Shown here: positions 27,195 to 39,517 of the stretch, piece after piece
Layout: each line of letters starts with the position of its first letter
Position numbering within the stretch: the first letter of the stretch is position 1
Source of the DNA: Octopus sinensis
Taxonomy: Eukaryota
Direction: 5' to 3'
NCBI RefSeq assembly: GCF_006345805.1
Contig: NC_043001.1
Coordinates: 85,622,001-85,686,000, forward strand
Length of the DNA: 64,000 nt
Notes under the pieces: generated by a model
The model's input: the letters and a program-made list of their open reading frames with translations, nothing else
Told to the model about the DNA's origin: nothing
Databases searched by the model: none
Position numbers and translations under genes: made by a program

Positions 27195-29911
27195 CGGTCA
27201 CTGGTAGATGAACAGGGGCGCGAATTGCTCGAGCCAAGTAAAATGTGTGAGGCCTTTCAGCAGCATTTTGCCCGACTGTTCGGGACGAGTGGAGGGCAAG
27301 AACGTAGGGTAGACTTCAGTGCCTACCTACATAGCCTGCCACGACTCTCGACAAGAAAGGCAGGGTGCTGCGAAGGTGCCATCACGGCGGCGGAAGTGCG
27401 GGAAGCGATGGCAGAATGCTCGAGGGACAAATCACCGGGTTTGGATGGTCTACCCTACGAATTTTACTATTGTATGCCAGACTTGTTTGGAGACGTCTTG
27501 GCAGCGGTATACTGCAACTGGCAGCAAAACGGGAGCATACCCGGTTTTGTGAGTCGAGGAGCTGTAACTCTGCTGAAGAAAGATCCAAACAAGGGAAACA
27601 TATAGATAACTTTAGGCCAATCACTCTGCTCAATGCAGACCTGAAAATTTTGACAAAGGTTTAGCCAAGAGGTTGGCGCTTGTCATGGAGAAACTGGTCG
27701 ACAACGCACAAACGTGCGCCGTGCCGGGCCGGAGCATCCATGACAACCTCCATCTGATGCGCTACATCATAGACAGGGTAGTTAACGAACCTGGCATGGG
27801 TGGGGCCCTGATCAACTGGATCAATCGAAAGCCTTTGATAGGGTAGACCATCGATACTTGGAGGCAGTCCTGAGAGCGGCTGGTTTCGGTCCCGTCTTCC
27901 GCGGCTGGATAGCTGCCTTGTACAGAGGCATCCGTTCGGTAATTCGCGTAAATGGACATCTATCGAGACCCTTCGACATTGCACGTTCGGTCCGTCAGGG
28001 ATGCCCCCTCTCGGCGCTTCTATACGTATTGACTCTTGAGCCACTACTGCGGAAGCTGGCGACTCTGAGGGGCATCCCGCGAGAATTAGGATGCGGGACG
28101 AGCGTGTCTGCATACGCGGACGACGTCACCGTCATAGTGTCAAGCCACGAGCACATCGAGCGGGTCGGCGAGACACTGAAAGACTACGAAGCGGTGACAG
28201 GAGCAAAAATCAACCGGGAAAAGTCAGTGGGCTTGCGGCTCGGCACCTGGAGAAGCAAACCCATGCCGTCCACCAGTACCTCCGTCGTGGGACGCTGGAC
28301 AGACGGCCCGGTTGAGTTGCTCGGGGTCTGGTTCGGTCCGGACCTCCAAATGGAGAAGAACTGGAACGAGATAACGAGTAGGGTGGTCACTCTCGCCCAG
28401 CAATGGGCCGAGAGGAAACTGTCCCTAAAAGGTCGGGCGGAGGTGGTGAACGCGTACATCGCGTCCATCATCTACTACCGCCTGACCGTCGTACCTTGTC
28501 CCGACCCTACCATCACCAACTAGAACGCATCCTCTTCCGCTTCTTGTGGAAAGGATGCGTCCCGATGGTCAGGCGATCCATTTGCTGTCAACACCCGTTA
28601 AAAGGAGGGCTGGGCATGCCGTGGTTGATGATGCGCAGACACGCGCTGAGACTGCGACATCTCCGGCTCTATGTAGACGACGGTGAACAGGTGTGGTCGC
28701 CGTTTGTGAGGCACGCATTCCCGCAACTCGTCTCCATGACCGAACTACAGTCGTGGATCAAAAAGAGCCGAAGAAGGGCGAATGGCACCGCGAGTGTCGC
28801 GTTGCTCTCAAGCAACTCTGCCGTCCCGGGTCGACCTTGAGTGACTTCAACACAACCAAAGCATTCTATAGGGGATTAGTGGAGGGGAGGTACGACGACG
28901 AGCTCGGGGCAAACTGGGCGTCGACGAGGAATACCTGACCCGCCTGTTTCAAACGACTTTCGGCCCGGGACCTATGGACAACTTCCAGAGATCCCTGGCC
29001 TGGCGGTGCTACCGAGAAGCGCTACCCGTTCGGGATAAGCTCTATAGGCATGGCTCGAGAAACACGGGGCCGACCTGCCCGAGATGCGGGCAGAGCGACG
29101 AACCGCTCTGCACGCAATCGTGCAGTGTCCAGCAATTCCCACCTGTGGGCTTATGTCGAACGACTGCTGTCACGTGTGGGACGTGTCGTTTATCAGCCGA
29201 GTCTATCGTTAATATCGTCACGCCTCCTTCCTTCAAACGGGAAGGAAGAGCTATTTTTATCATACTTGTGGCTATGGCGAAAGAATGTATCTGGTGGACG
29301 CGTCTGAAAGGATTAGAGACAAACACTTTCCTCTCTGGTCAATCTCTCATCAACTTCTTCAAGTATCACTTGAAGAAAAAAGTGAGAGTAGAGAGGCAAG
29401 TTTTGTCTAGTGAATGTTTTAAAAAAAGATGGGTGAATGTAGCAAGAATGGCACGTATGAATGACGAAGCCACCTTGACTATGATTCTATGAACCGTAAA
29501 AATTAATACAGAGAGTTGCTTATTTGCAAAAAAAAAAAAAAAAAGAAATATAACATGTGACTTCATTGACCGAGGTTACCGTGGTCTTTTCCGTAGGCTT
29601 TTCTTTCCACGGGTAAACCTCACCTGTCCCCCCCTTTACACTTCATATTGACATTTCTGTGATAACGATCCCTATTGATCAATTTTTTTCCCTCTCCCTT
29701 TTTTTTAACCCCCCCTTTTTTTTGTCCTCTTTCTCTCCTTTTACGATCCCTTTTGATCGACCCCCCCTTTTTTATTTTATTTTATTTTATTTTATTTTTT
29801 TCTTATTTTTATTTTTTTTTATTTTTATTTTTATTTTTTTAAACCTTCAAAAGAAAAGCTCTACCTTGTAATTTGTTCTATCTGTGTGCAGCCTGTGTGG
29901 CTAATAAGAAA
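27195..29911 (+). mobile_element. 5'-truncated Tx1/L1-clade non-LTR retrotransposon (RT, C-terminal Cys motif, pyrimidine-rich 3'UTR), frameshifted
   Basis: KSPGLDGLPYEFY, NFRPITLLNADLKIL, KAFDRVDH, SVRQGCPLS, AYADD, CPRC; GC-rich island flanked by ATCT repeats. Confidence 0.93.
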
Positions 29912-29913
29912 CA

Positions 29914-29979
<66 letters not shown>

Positions 29980-30009
29980 TCTATCTATCTATTTCTACAT
30001 CTCTCTTTC

Positions 30010-30231
30010 TCTTTTTTACTTTTTTACTTGTTTCAGTCATTTGACAGTGGCCATGCTGGAGCACTGCCTTTAGTCGAGCGAATCGACCCCAGGACTTATT
30101 CTTTGTAAGCCTAGGGCTTATTCTATCGGTCACTTTTGCCGAACAGCTAAGTTACGGGGACGTAAACACACCAGCATCGGTTTGAAGCGATGTTGAGGAG
30201 ACAGACACTGATACACAAAAGTACACACACA

Positions 30232-30305
<74 letters not shown>

Positions 30306-30310
30306 ATATA

Positions 30311-30344
<34 letters not shown>

Positions 30345-30524
30345 GATAGATATGTATATACATATATACGACGGACTTCTTTCAATTTCCGTCTACCAAA
30401 TCCACTCACAAGGCTTTGGTCGTCCCGAGGCTATAGTAGAAGACACTTGCACAAGGTTCCACGCACTAGGACTGAACCCGGAACATGTGGTTGGTAAGCA
30501 AGCTACTTACCATACAGCCACTCC

Positions 30525-30525
<1 letters not shown>
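30010..30525 (-). mobile_element. SINE family 2, full length, with expanded internal (CA)/(TA)/(GATA) repeats
   Basis: GGAGTGGCTGTATGGTAAGTAGCTTGCTTACCAACC head through ...AAATGACTGAAAC tail. Confidence 0.85.
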
Positions 30526-30567
<42 letters not shown>

Positions 30568-30928
30568 TATATATATAGCTGAAAATATTGGAGTCAACAA
30601 GGAGTAAGTTTGGACATTTTTTAATCACTTCAATTGTTTCCACACACCGTAGTTCTCCAGGCATGCTCGTACTTGATTATTCAACCGCTTCCCTGCATTA
30701 TGAGATCTAGTTTTGTTTCCCCGGGTGACATGAAAATATCGTCTCCGTAAGTTCAAAATCTCGGCTTCAAGAACTTCCTATCTGTCTGTCGTGGCCTGAA
30801 TTTAGTAGTAGTCGCTGAGTTTATCAGGGTGTGTTGTTGCTGAAGGACTGTTGGCATATCACCGTTGCTAACAGAATATATCATAGTCAAAAATTAACTG
30901 CACTTTCGCCATAACTTTTCTATTGTTA

Positions 30929-31469
30929 TCACACGCCTTCTGCGCATGCGTGCTTATACTTGACACTGTTGTGGTCCCGTGATCAATGTTTGAGGCTGAT
31001 AGTAAAATTTTCGTTCTGGCTTTACAAGTGTAAGCATGGCCGCTCCACTAGCAATGTGCACCTAAGAAGAACAAAGAGCAGTGATCCGATTTCTCTGGTC
31101 GAATGATGTGTCAGGTACTGAAATTCATCGGAAGCTTTTAGTAGAGTACGGGCACAGTGCAATACTGCGTAGAAGAGTGTATGAGTGGATGGAGAAGTCT
31201 GAAAGTGGGCAGACAAGCGTGCCGAATGAAGACGGTGCCCGTCAATCTCCACAACTGGTGAGAAGATTCAACAGACTCGAACAGGTGAACAGGTTCACCA
31301 TTACCATCTCTCAGTTCTCTGCTCTTTGTTCTTTGGTGCTCATCGCTAGCGGAGCAGCCATGCTTAAACTGTAAAGCCAGAAATAAAAATGGCGCGATCA
31401 GACTCAAATTTCGATCAGGTAACAACAATAGTACCAACTACAGGCACGCATGCGCAGAAGGCAGTGTGA
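30929..31469 (+). mobile_element. Mariner transposase N-terminal fragment bracketed by ~25-bp inverted repeats
   Basis: IRFLWSNDVSGTEIHRKLLVEYGHSAILRRRVYEW; inverted repeats 30929-30953 and 31444-31469. Confidence 0.7.
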
Positions 31470-31529
31470 CAATGATAATGATATGCTCTGTCGAAAGTGC
31501 AGATATTTTTTTTTATTTCCTCATATACA

Positions 31530-31579
<50 letters not shown>

Positions 31580-31699
31580 TATGTATGCATGTAGGTATGT
31601 GTGTGTGTGTACGTATATAAACACACGCATACATAAGTTCACGTATAACATGAATATATATAAGTCTATATTTATGCACATATAAACACACACATACGC

Positions 31700-31723
<24 letters not shown>

Positions 31724-31731
<8 letters not shown>

Positions 31732-32887
31732 AGGGCTTAGTAAAATAAATTACTTTGCCACATACTGAACTCATTATAATTCATTTCTCTCTGTTTAATG
31801 CTTCGGTTTTCACCGATAAAACATAGTGTTTGCCAATTTTAACCCACGCTGGTGGAAAGGCGAGAGCAGAAATTCTTCGCTTGCATATTTTGAATTTGTT
31901 AGCACTGTTAGTTCGAGCGGAATTCCGGAGGCGATAAGAAGCCAAAAGGGTATGCTCCCACTTTCAGTGTTCCCAAATCCGAATCAAGGAGTTCTGAGCT
32001 GACAAAAGAAATGTCGATTTGACTAATCTAGAAACGTACGTTCTCAAATAACCTTTGCACTTGATTTTTTAATGTTTTTACCCCCATACCTTCGTGAGTT
32101 GGTTTGAGCAAACACTATCTGAGAGAGATCTTCTTTAAGTATTAGAAATGGCTAAAGAAATTTCTTTAGCTGCTATTTCTAATGAGTTCAGTATGTGGCA
32201 AAGTAATTTATTTTACTAAGCCCTTATATATAATGTAATATTTTGAATTCGCCTTAAATGGTCCCTTTACATACTGAATACTTGGTGAAATTGATTAATA
32301 ATTAATTAATTTTACCCTCAATTGTTGAAATTATAATTCATTTCTCTCTGTTTAATGCTTCGGTTTTCACCGATAAAACATAGTGTTTGCCAATTTTAAC
32401 CCACGCTGGTGGAAAGGGGAGAGCAGAAATTCTTCGCTTGCATATTTTGAATTTGTTAGCACTGTTAGTTCGAGCGGAATTCGGAGGTGATAAGAAGCCA
32501 AAAGGGTATGCTCCCACTTTCAGTGTTCCAAATCCGAATCAAGGAGTTCTGAGCTGACAAAAGAAATGTCGATTTGACTAATCTAGAAACGTACGTTCTC
32601 AAATAACCTTTGCACTTGATTTTTTAATGTTTTTACCCCCATACCTTCGTGAGTTGGTTTGAGCAAACACTATCTGAGAGAGATCTTCTTAAGTATTAGA
32701 AATGGCTAAAGAAATTTCTTTAGCTGCTATTCTAATGAGTTCAGTATGTGGCAAAGTAATTTATTTTACTAAGCCCTTATATATAATGTAATATTTTGAA
32801 TTCGCCTTAAATGGTCCCTTTACATACTGAATACTTGGTGAAATTGATTAATAATTAATTAATTTTACCCTCAATTGTTGAAATTAT
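31724..32887 (+). repeat. Head-to-tail 557-bp tandem duplication (31773-32329, 32330-32887) preceded by a ~50-bp inverted stub; PLE pLTR-like
   Basis: Near-identical copies; 31724-31775 is the reverse complement of ~32180-32231; flanked by (TA)n. Confidence 0.9.
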
Positions 32888-32907
32888 ATATATATATATA
32901 TATATAC

Positions 32908-32940
<33 letters not shown>

Positions 32941-32967
32941 GTGTGTGTGCATGTATATATTCATATA

Positions 32968-33014
<47 letters not shown>

Positions 33015-33015
33015 G

Positions 33016-33053
<38 letters not shown>

Positions 33054-33437
33054 ACACATAGATAAATGCGAGTATATCTCCAAAAGCCTTTATCTTCGTC
33101 ACCGTCACAAGTCTCGCAACTGAATGTCTTGAGACTTAAGAAATGTCCCCTTCTCACGGCACAACAGTACAGAAATTATCTTATTTCATTATTGTATCAT
33201 ATGCTTCTTTGTGATAGAGATGATGCAGCTATCACTAGATTCCAATTACACTAAACTTTTGTTTTTTTAATTGTTTTTTTTTTCTTCTATATTCTGGAGA
33301 GGAAGGCTTCAGTCATCTACTGATAAATGTATTCTATCTAAATAGAAACACTCGGTGAATAGAAACAAGAAATTTTGATATCTGTTTTCTACTTCTTTTC
33401 TGTTGAATATTTATCTTCTTGAAAGGACTGACAGATG

Positions 33438-33496
33438 CACTACTACTACTACTACAACGACTACTACTACTACTACTACAACTACTACTACTATTT

Positions 33497-33529
<33 letters not shown>

Positions 33530-33533
33530 TTAT

Positions 33534-33571
<38 letters not shown>

Positions 33572-33600
33572 ATAATAATAATAATAATAATAATAGTAAT
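33438..33600. repeat. (ACT)n-(AAT)n trinucleotide tract
   Basis: Direct reading. Confidence 0.95.
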
Positions 33601-34500
33601 CCTTTCTACAGGAGGTACACGCCCTCAACTTTGTGGAGAATGACTACTCGATGACATAGATCCTAATGCTTCACTGGTACTTAGTTTATCGACATCCAAA
33701 GGATTAAAAGCAAAGTTGACTTCGACGGAATTTGAACTCAGAACTTAACGGCAGACGAAATACCTATTTCTTTACTACCCACAAGGGACAAACAAGGGCA
33801 GACAAAGGGATTAAGTCGTTTACATCGACCCCAGTGCGTAGCTGGTACTTAATATATCGACCCCGAAAGGATGAAAGGCAAAGTCGACCTCGGCGGAATT
33901 TGAACTCACAACGTAACGGCAGACGAAATACCGCTAAGCCTTTCGCCCGGCGTGCTAACGATTCTGCTAGCTAGCTGCCTACTACTACTACTACTAATAC
34001 TAATTTAATAATGATAATGGGGGAGTGGTATTAATCAATTACATCGACCCCAGTGTTTCACTGGTAGTCATTTTATTGAACCACCCGATAGGATGTAAGG
34101 CGAAGTCGAACTCGGCCGAATTTGAACTCAGAACGTAAAGACAGACGAAATACCGCTGAGTATTATTCCCGGCGTGCTAGCGATTCTGCCAGCTCGCCAC
34201 ATTCATAATAATAATAATAATGATAACCCTTTCACCTATACGCACAAGTCTTGAAATGTTGGTATAGAGGCCTAGTCGATGGCATCGACCCAAGTATTTC
34301 ACTGGTATTTAATTTATTGACCCCGGAAGGATAAAAGATAAAGTCGACCATAGCGGAATTTGAACTCATAACGTAAATTCGGTCGAAATGCCGCCAAGCA
34401 TTTTTTCCGGCGTGCTAAAAATTCTGCCAGATTGCTGCCTTAATAATAAAGATAATCCATTCTATCATAGGCACAAGGCCTGAAGTGTTGGGGGATGGGA
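33600..34500 (-). mobile_element. Head-to-tail cluster of 4-5 SINE family 1 copies
   Basis: Same motifs; (AAT)/(ACT)n spacers. Confidence 0.85.
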
Positions 34501-34509
34501 AAATGTTAA

Positions 34510-34627
34510 TTCTAAAATCTCTCTAAGAGATTAACGCAGCTGCTATACTAACAAGTAATGCTGAAGTTATTATGAATGTTACTTCTTAGTACAACTAATG
34601 CGTTGATCTCTTAGAGAGATTTTAGAA
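34510..34627. repeat. 118-bp hairpin (29-bp outer stem plus inner stem)
   Basis: TTCTAAAATCTCTCTAAGAGATTAACGCA pairs with TGCGTTGATCTCTTAGAGAGATTTTAGAA. Confidence 0.85.
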
Positions 34628-37600
34628 GCAGCATTTTTGCTTGTTGTAAAATCAGCTACTGTATGTCGCTTGAAATTATATACTGCGAGCAGAAGCTAGC
34701 TACTGCAATCTCTGACAGACGAGATGTCCATAACTGAAGAGAGGCAGTATGAATTACTACGTGTATCTTCATTATGCGTCTATATAAGTATATATAGTTT
34801 CTCAAATCTGCATATATGCATTGGAATTAATTTACGTAGCTACAATAGAAATTTGTAGCTTGTTGAATTCCGGTAAAAGATTTGTATATATTCGATGTTC
34901 CACTTATTGTGTGAATTCATAGAATATGATTTAGTTGGCGTCTTTATTTTACTGAAAACTCCAGCACTCCCATTATTATTAAAACATTTAACATTTTTGC
35001 CAAATTTGAGCGATATTTTGGTAAAATATAAATTTATTACCTGTCTAGACAAGTTCTAAGTTTCAAAGTATTTGACCATAAATGTCTCCTTTCTCATTAA
35101 TGGTAAATAAAATTTCCGCACGCACTGGGGAGCTAATATCTACAATAATAGAGAATTTGTTTCGTGTACCAAATAACTCAATCAGTCTGGTTGTATTTGC
35201 ATTTAACAGAACCATTGTTTTGAATATTCTACAAATATTACTTAAATTGAATTATATAAATATACCCAACATAAAAATTACTTTGTTCATATTTGTCTCC
35301 CAGAGCAGATTTGCCCAATAAATATTATTTTATATGACTTTAGTATACTACATATATATAATTTAAGATACATCTGCAGCTGCAATACTTAAATATAGCA
35401 TCAGTGTTGTATCCTGAAGTTGGTATTTCAGGTTTTACAATATGCACCATCATCCAAGTGGTCCGACCTAGTGTGTAGAAGCCTAGTTCTGTGTCCAAAG
35501 GCCATACTGTTAACCCAACAGATCACCTCCTCTCAGCTAGAGCCATCTAAATTCTTTCTTATCAGCCTTGAAGGCCTTTCTACTCATTCTTTTAATGCCC
35601 GGGCTTAAGTCTCTCTTATACAATATACGATCAGCCTCCACGTTTCTGCCTGCCTCCACTTTTCTGCCTGCCTGCACTTTTCTGCAGAAAATACACCTTC
35701 CACTTCTCATTCTTCGACAGCCTCCAGCAAGTACTAATACACATCTTCTTCTCCTGCACCTCTTTCCTTTGAAATATATAAACTGTCACGCCATCGTTTA
35801 CGATGACTACTGTTCCAGGTTATCAGATCAACGGAACAGCCTGCTTGTGAAATGAACGTAGCTAAGCACTCCACAAACACGCATACCCATAACGTAGTTC
35901 TCAGAGAGATTCACCGTCACACAAAATGTGATAAGGTTTGCAATTTGAAATACAGGTACAACTCATTCTTGCCAGGTGTGTGGACTGGAGCAACATGAAA
36001 TAAAGTGCCTTGCTCAAGGACAGAACGCGCCGTCAGGAACGGACCCATGACTGTAAGATTTTGAGCAGCTTTCCCCCAGCCAGAAAAGTACGTGCTTTCA
36101 ATCTGTAATATGATATGTCGTGGCAACTGTTGATCATATGTGTAATTTTTTGCACATGTATATGCAAAAATTGTAATTTCCAGGCATATCTTGGTGTTTA
36201 AATTCCCCAGTAACTCTCTTGTTCAAAAAAGATTTGGAGTCGCATGCTCGGGAATTGCAAAAGTTTACTATTGAAAATATTACAGTCTTGAGCGCAAAAA
36301 ATGTTTTGTATTGATCAAAGTTGGAATGATTTTAAAATTTCCAGCAAGTATTGCATGCATGTGTTTTTTTTTTATTTTTAGCTAATCGAGCGTCTTACAA
36401 TTATTTCTTGACTGATTCAAACAGCCTTCTTTGAGAGACTTTTATATCATCATCATGTTCATAGACTTGGTCGACGTTCCAATCGTCGTCATCATAGTCG
36501 TCATGATCATGATCCTCATCATCTTCCTCCTCCTCCTCCTCCTCCTCCTCCTCCTCATCATCATCATCATCATCATCATCATCAATCATCATCATCATCA
36601 TCATCATTCGATTACACATTACATAAATACTTTGTTGATTTCAAATTATGAAATCTATTTACTTTAAATATTCTTTTTCGTTAATCTTATGTTCAATCGA
36701 GACACCAAAATAACTTCAGATAAAGACAGAAAATGTCAAATAACCTTTTATTACTTTAGTCATATGTCGCACAGACTCATGGTTATGTCGTTTGCACTAT
36801 CCGCTATATACATCATGATATTAGGAGAAGATTATAACAGCATAAAGTACGTTTACTTTAAATAGTTATTCTAACCACAATGACATAAACACAATGTGCT
36901 TCTCACCTTGTATTTTAATCGTTGCGTAATTGTGAAATATTTTGCCATCCTTTATCAGCATCAACTTAATGCAGAGTTAAAAATCTTGATAACTTTTTTT
37001 TATGATTTTAAGAAAAATCATGATTAACTAGCTGGAACTTCTCCGAGGAATGTTCTGTATCAAAATTTAGTCAAACTGAACAGCAAACGAAAATGGCTGT
37101 GAATTTTGACACCAATACATTTCCAACGTCGGGGAACAGAGTAATAGAACTTAGGACCTGATTGAACATTAGATCATAAATTTTATTTATCGACAGAATA
37201 TCCCATCTGTAGAACAATCATTCAGGACATAAATCATCTATACATGACAGGATTTTCAAGCTGACAAAAGCTAGCATTCGATTATTTAATTTGTCTAGTG
37301 TTGAACTCTCATTAATATCCTCATTTTCTAGAACAACCATCCAAATTCTCAGCAGTCAAATATGTGCTTTGGCTAATGACCTAATATTGCATTTGTGAAA
37401 CAGGCTAAGAGCAACGTCTGTATAAAACAGCCTTTAACTTCAACGATTTTCGAAGATCAAAGCGAAAGTTATTGGTAACATGCATTTAATAGTGTATACA
37501 AGGCCCCATGTTATTTATTTAGTTCTATGCTCAAGTCATCGACATCAATTTCTCTTTTAATTCTTCAGGTGATTGATAAAGAAAAATAAAAGCATTATTC

Positions 37601-38815
37601 AAGTACAGATATGGATATAATCGATATATCCTTTATCTAAAAATGAGTGACCTGTTACTTATTTTAAAAACTATTGTTTCTAATCAATATATGATATTGC
37701 ATTTCGTTCTTTTGTTTTTTACGTTTCAATGAGAATAAGACGAACATTAAAACAATTTTCACAAGAGATCACTATGCAATCGTTTCTTTCCACAAAGTTA
37801 TAACAAAATCCGTGCTGTTCAAAGCGTTACATTATATATAAGGAAATATTTGCAATGAAATGATCGTTCATTTTTTTCTACTCTCGTGTATTTTGCGATA
37901 ATATATGTGGTTTGGATCTCATGATTATAGTTCACTGACACTTTGTCAGAGCAGTCACATAGTCGTACATTGCTCTCTACTATTAATGTAATTTAGAATT
38001 TCTACGGATATTTGTTCATATTTTTATATAATTAAATAATTCATAACTGTAATTGTTGAAGTATTATTAAGCATATTAAATAATGTGTGCTATATGTAAT
38101 ATTGTTCATTATTTAGTTTGATATGTTGTTATAAAAGTTGATATTATTTTTTGTGAAAATAATTGTAATATTATGGCTGGAATGATGTTAGCTTTTTTGA
38201 TGCAGTTAACATGGAAAAGCTCACCAAAAATATTTGTTCAGTAAGGAAAAGTAATATTACAATATTAGTCGTTGGTAGACATTATTTTACGTCAGCAAGT
38301 AATAGAAACAAACCCAAATATGTTTCACTCTTGTTATATCCTTTTAATCTTCGCCATATTTACTGAATTAGTGTTGGAGGAATCACTAAGTATACGACGG
38401 TACATTAGTACACATATTAACTTACATAACTAGGTTATTTCAGAGTATAAGTTTGAGTGACCATTCAGCTTTATTGTTTGCTCCATTCTTCCTGCAACGT
38501 AAAATAGTCGATGCTGAGCATGAGTGAATGTAAAAGCGAGGGAGAGAAAGGCAGGATGATATAATCTATCCCAGTATATGACTGGTACGTATTTTATTAA
38601 TTCTAGAAGAACGAATAAAAAGCAAAATGAACCACTTTTGCATGTGAAATCAGAATGCACAAAGTTACTGTTACAAGTACTACATAGCAATTAATTCTCC
38701 GATGGTCTATTGATTCTGTCTGAGGATCGATCAGTCTTCAAGTATGCTACATTACATTAAAATCAATTTTAAAAAAATCAAAACTAAAAGATCAATAAAA
38801 TATAGGTTTAAATGT

Positions 38816-38821
38816 TTTATT
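38816..38821 (-). terminator. Polyadenylation signal AATAAA of gene B
   Basis: ~210 nt past the stop, followed by a T-rich downstream element. Confidence 0.6.
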
Positions 38822-39029
38822 GCAACTTGTCTAAAGCAAATCAAACAGTCAAATATATATTTTTACATTGAAACACATTCGGAACAGGGACAAATACTAG
38901 GGTAGATAGACACTGACATTCTCTGAGACCATGTAAACATGATTGGGATCCAATTATATATGCATTGCTTTACTGATCAACATCATCATCATCATAAAGA
39001 ATGTATTCTTCAGCTTTTCTCAAGGTAGT

Positions 39030-39194
39030 TTAGAATTCGGTGCGGCATCTTTTCTGGAGGTAGTTGCTCATCTTAGGGTGGTTCATAACACGGTTTCTCA
39101 GTGCCATCAGTTTTGGGTAGCTGCTGAGCATTGATGTTTCTTCCATCAGTGGGTTCTCAAGGGCGCAGTAGCACATCATGTCAGCCATGGTCAT
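39030..39194 (-). CDS. S-crystallin B exon 6
   Basis: Acceptor ttattcag; ends CRTEF-TAA. Confidence 0.95.
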   Translation of the reverse strand: MTMADMMCYCALENPLMEETSMLSSYPKLMALRNRVMNHPKMSNYLQKRCRTEF

Positions 39195-39472
39195 CTGAAT
39201 AACAAAGTATTATAATATCATATCATTAAACCTTGGATCGCATGATAGTATGACTGTTCTAATATGAATATTTATTTTTAACATTGGATTGTTGCCATAT
39301 TGGTCGGTTTACTTCCTCGAAATCAAACGGTTCGGCAAAAACAAAAACGATAAAATAAGTACCAGACTTCAGAAAATATCTACTAAAATTGATTTGCCCA
39401 ACTAAATCCTTCAAACCAGTACAGTTGTCAAGCAGTGGGAGGACAACTAGCACATGGACATGCACACACACA

Positions 39473-39517
<45 letters not shown>

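Noticed and set aside
27150-29492. Long ORFs as a possible host gene or prokaryotic-type RT system
   Set aside because: Motifs, 5' truncation, 3'UTR and the second copy identify a non-LTR retrotransposon
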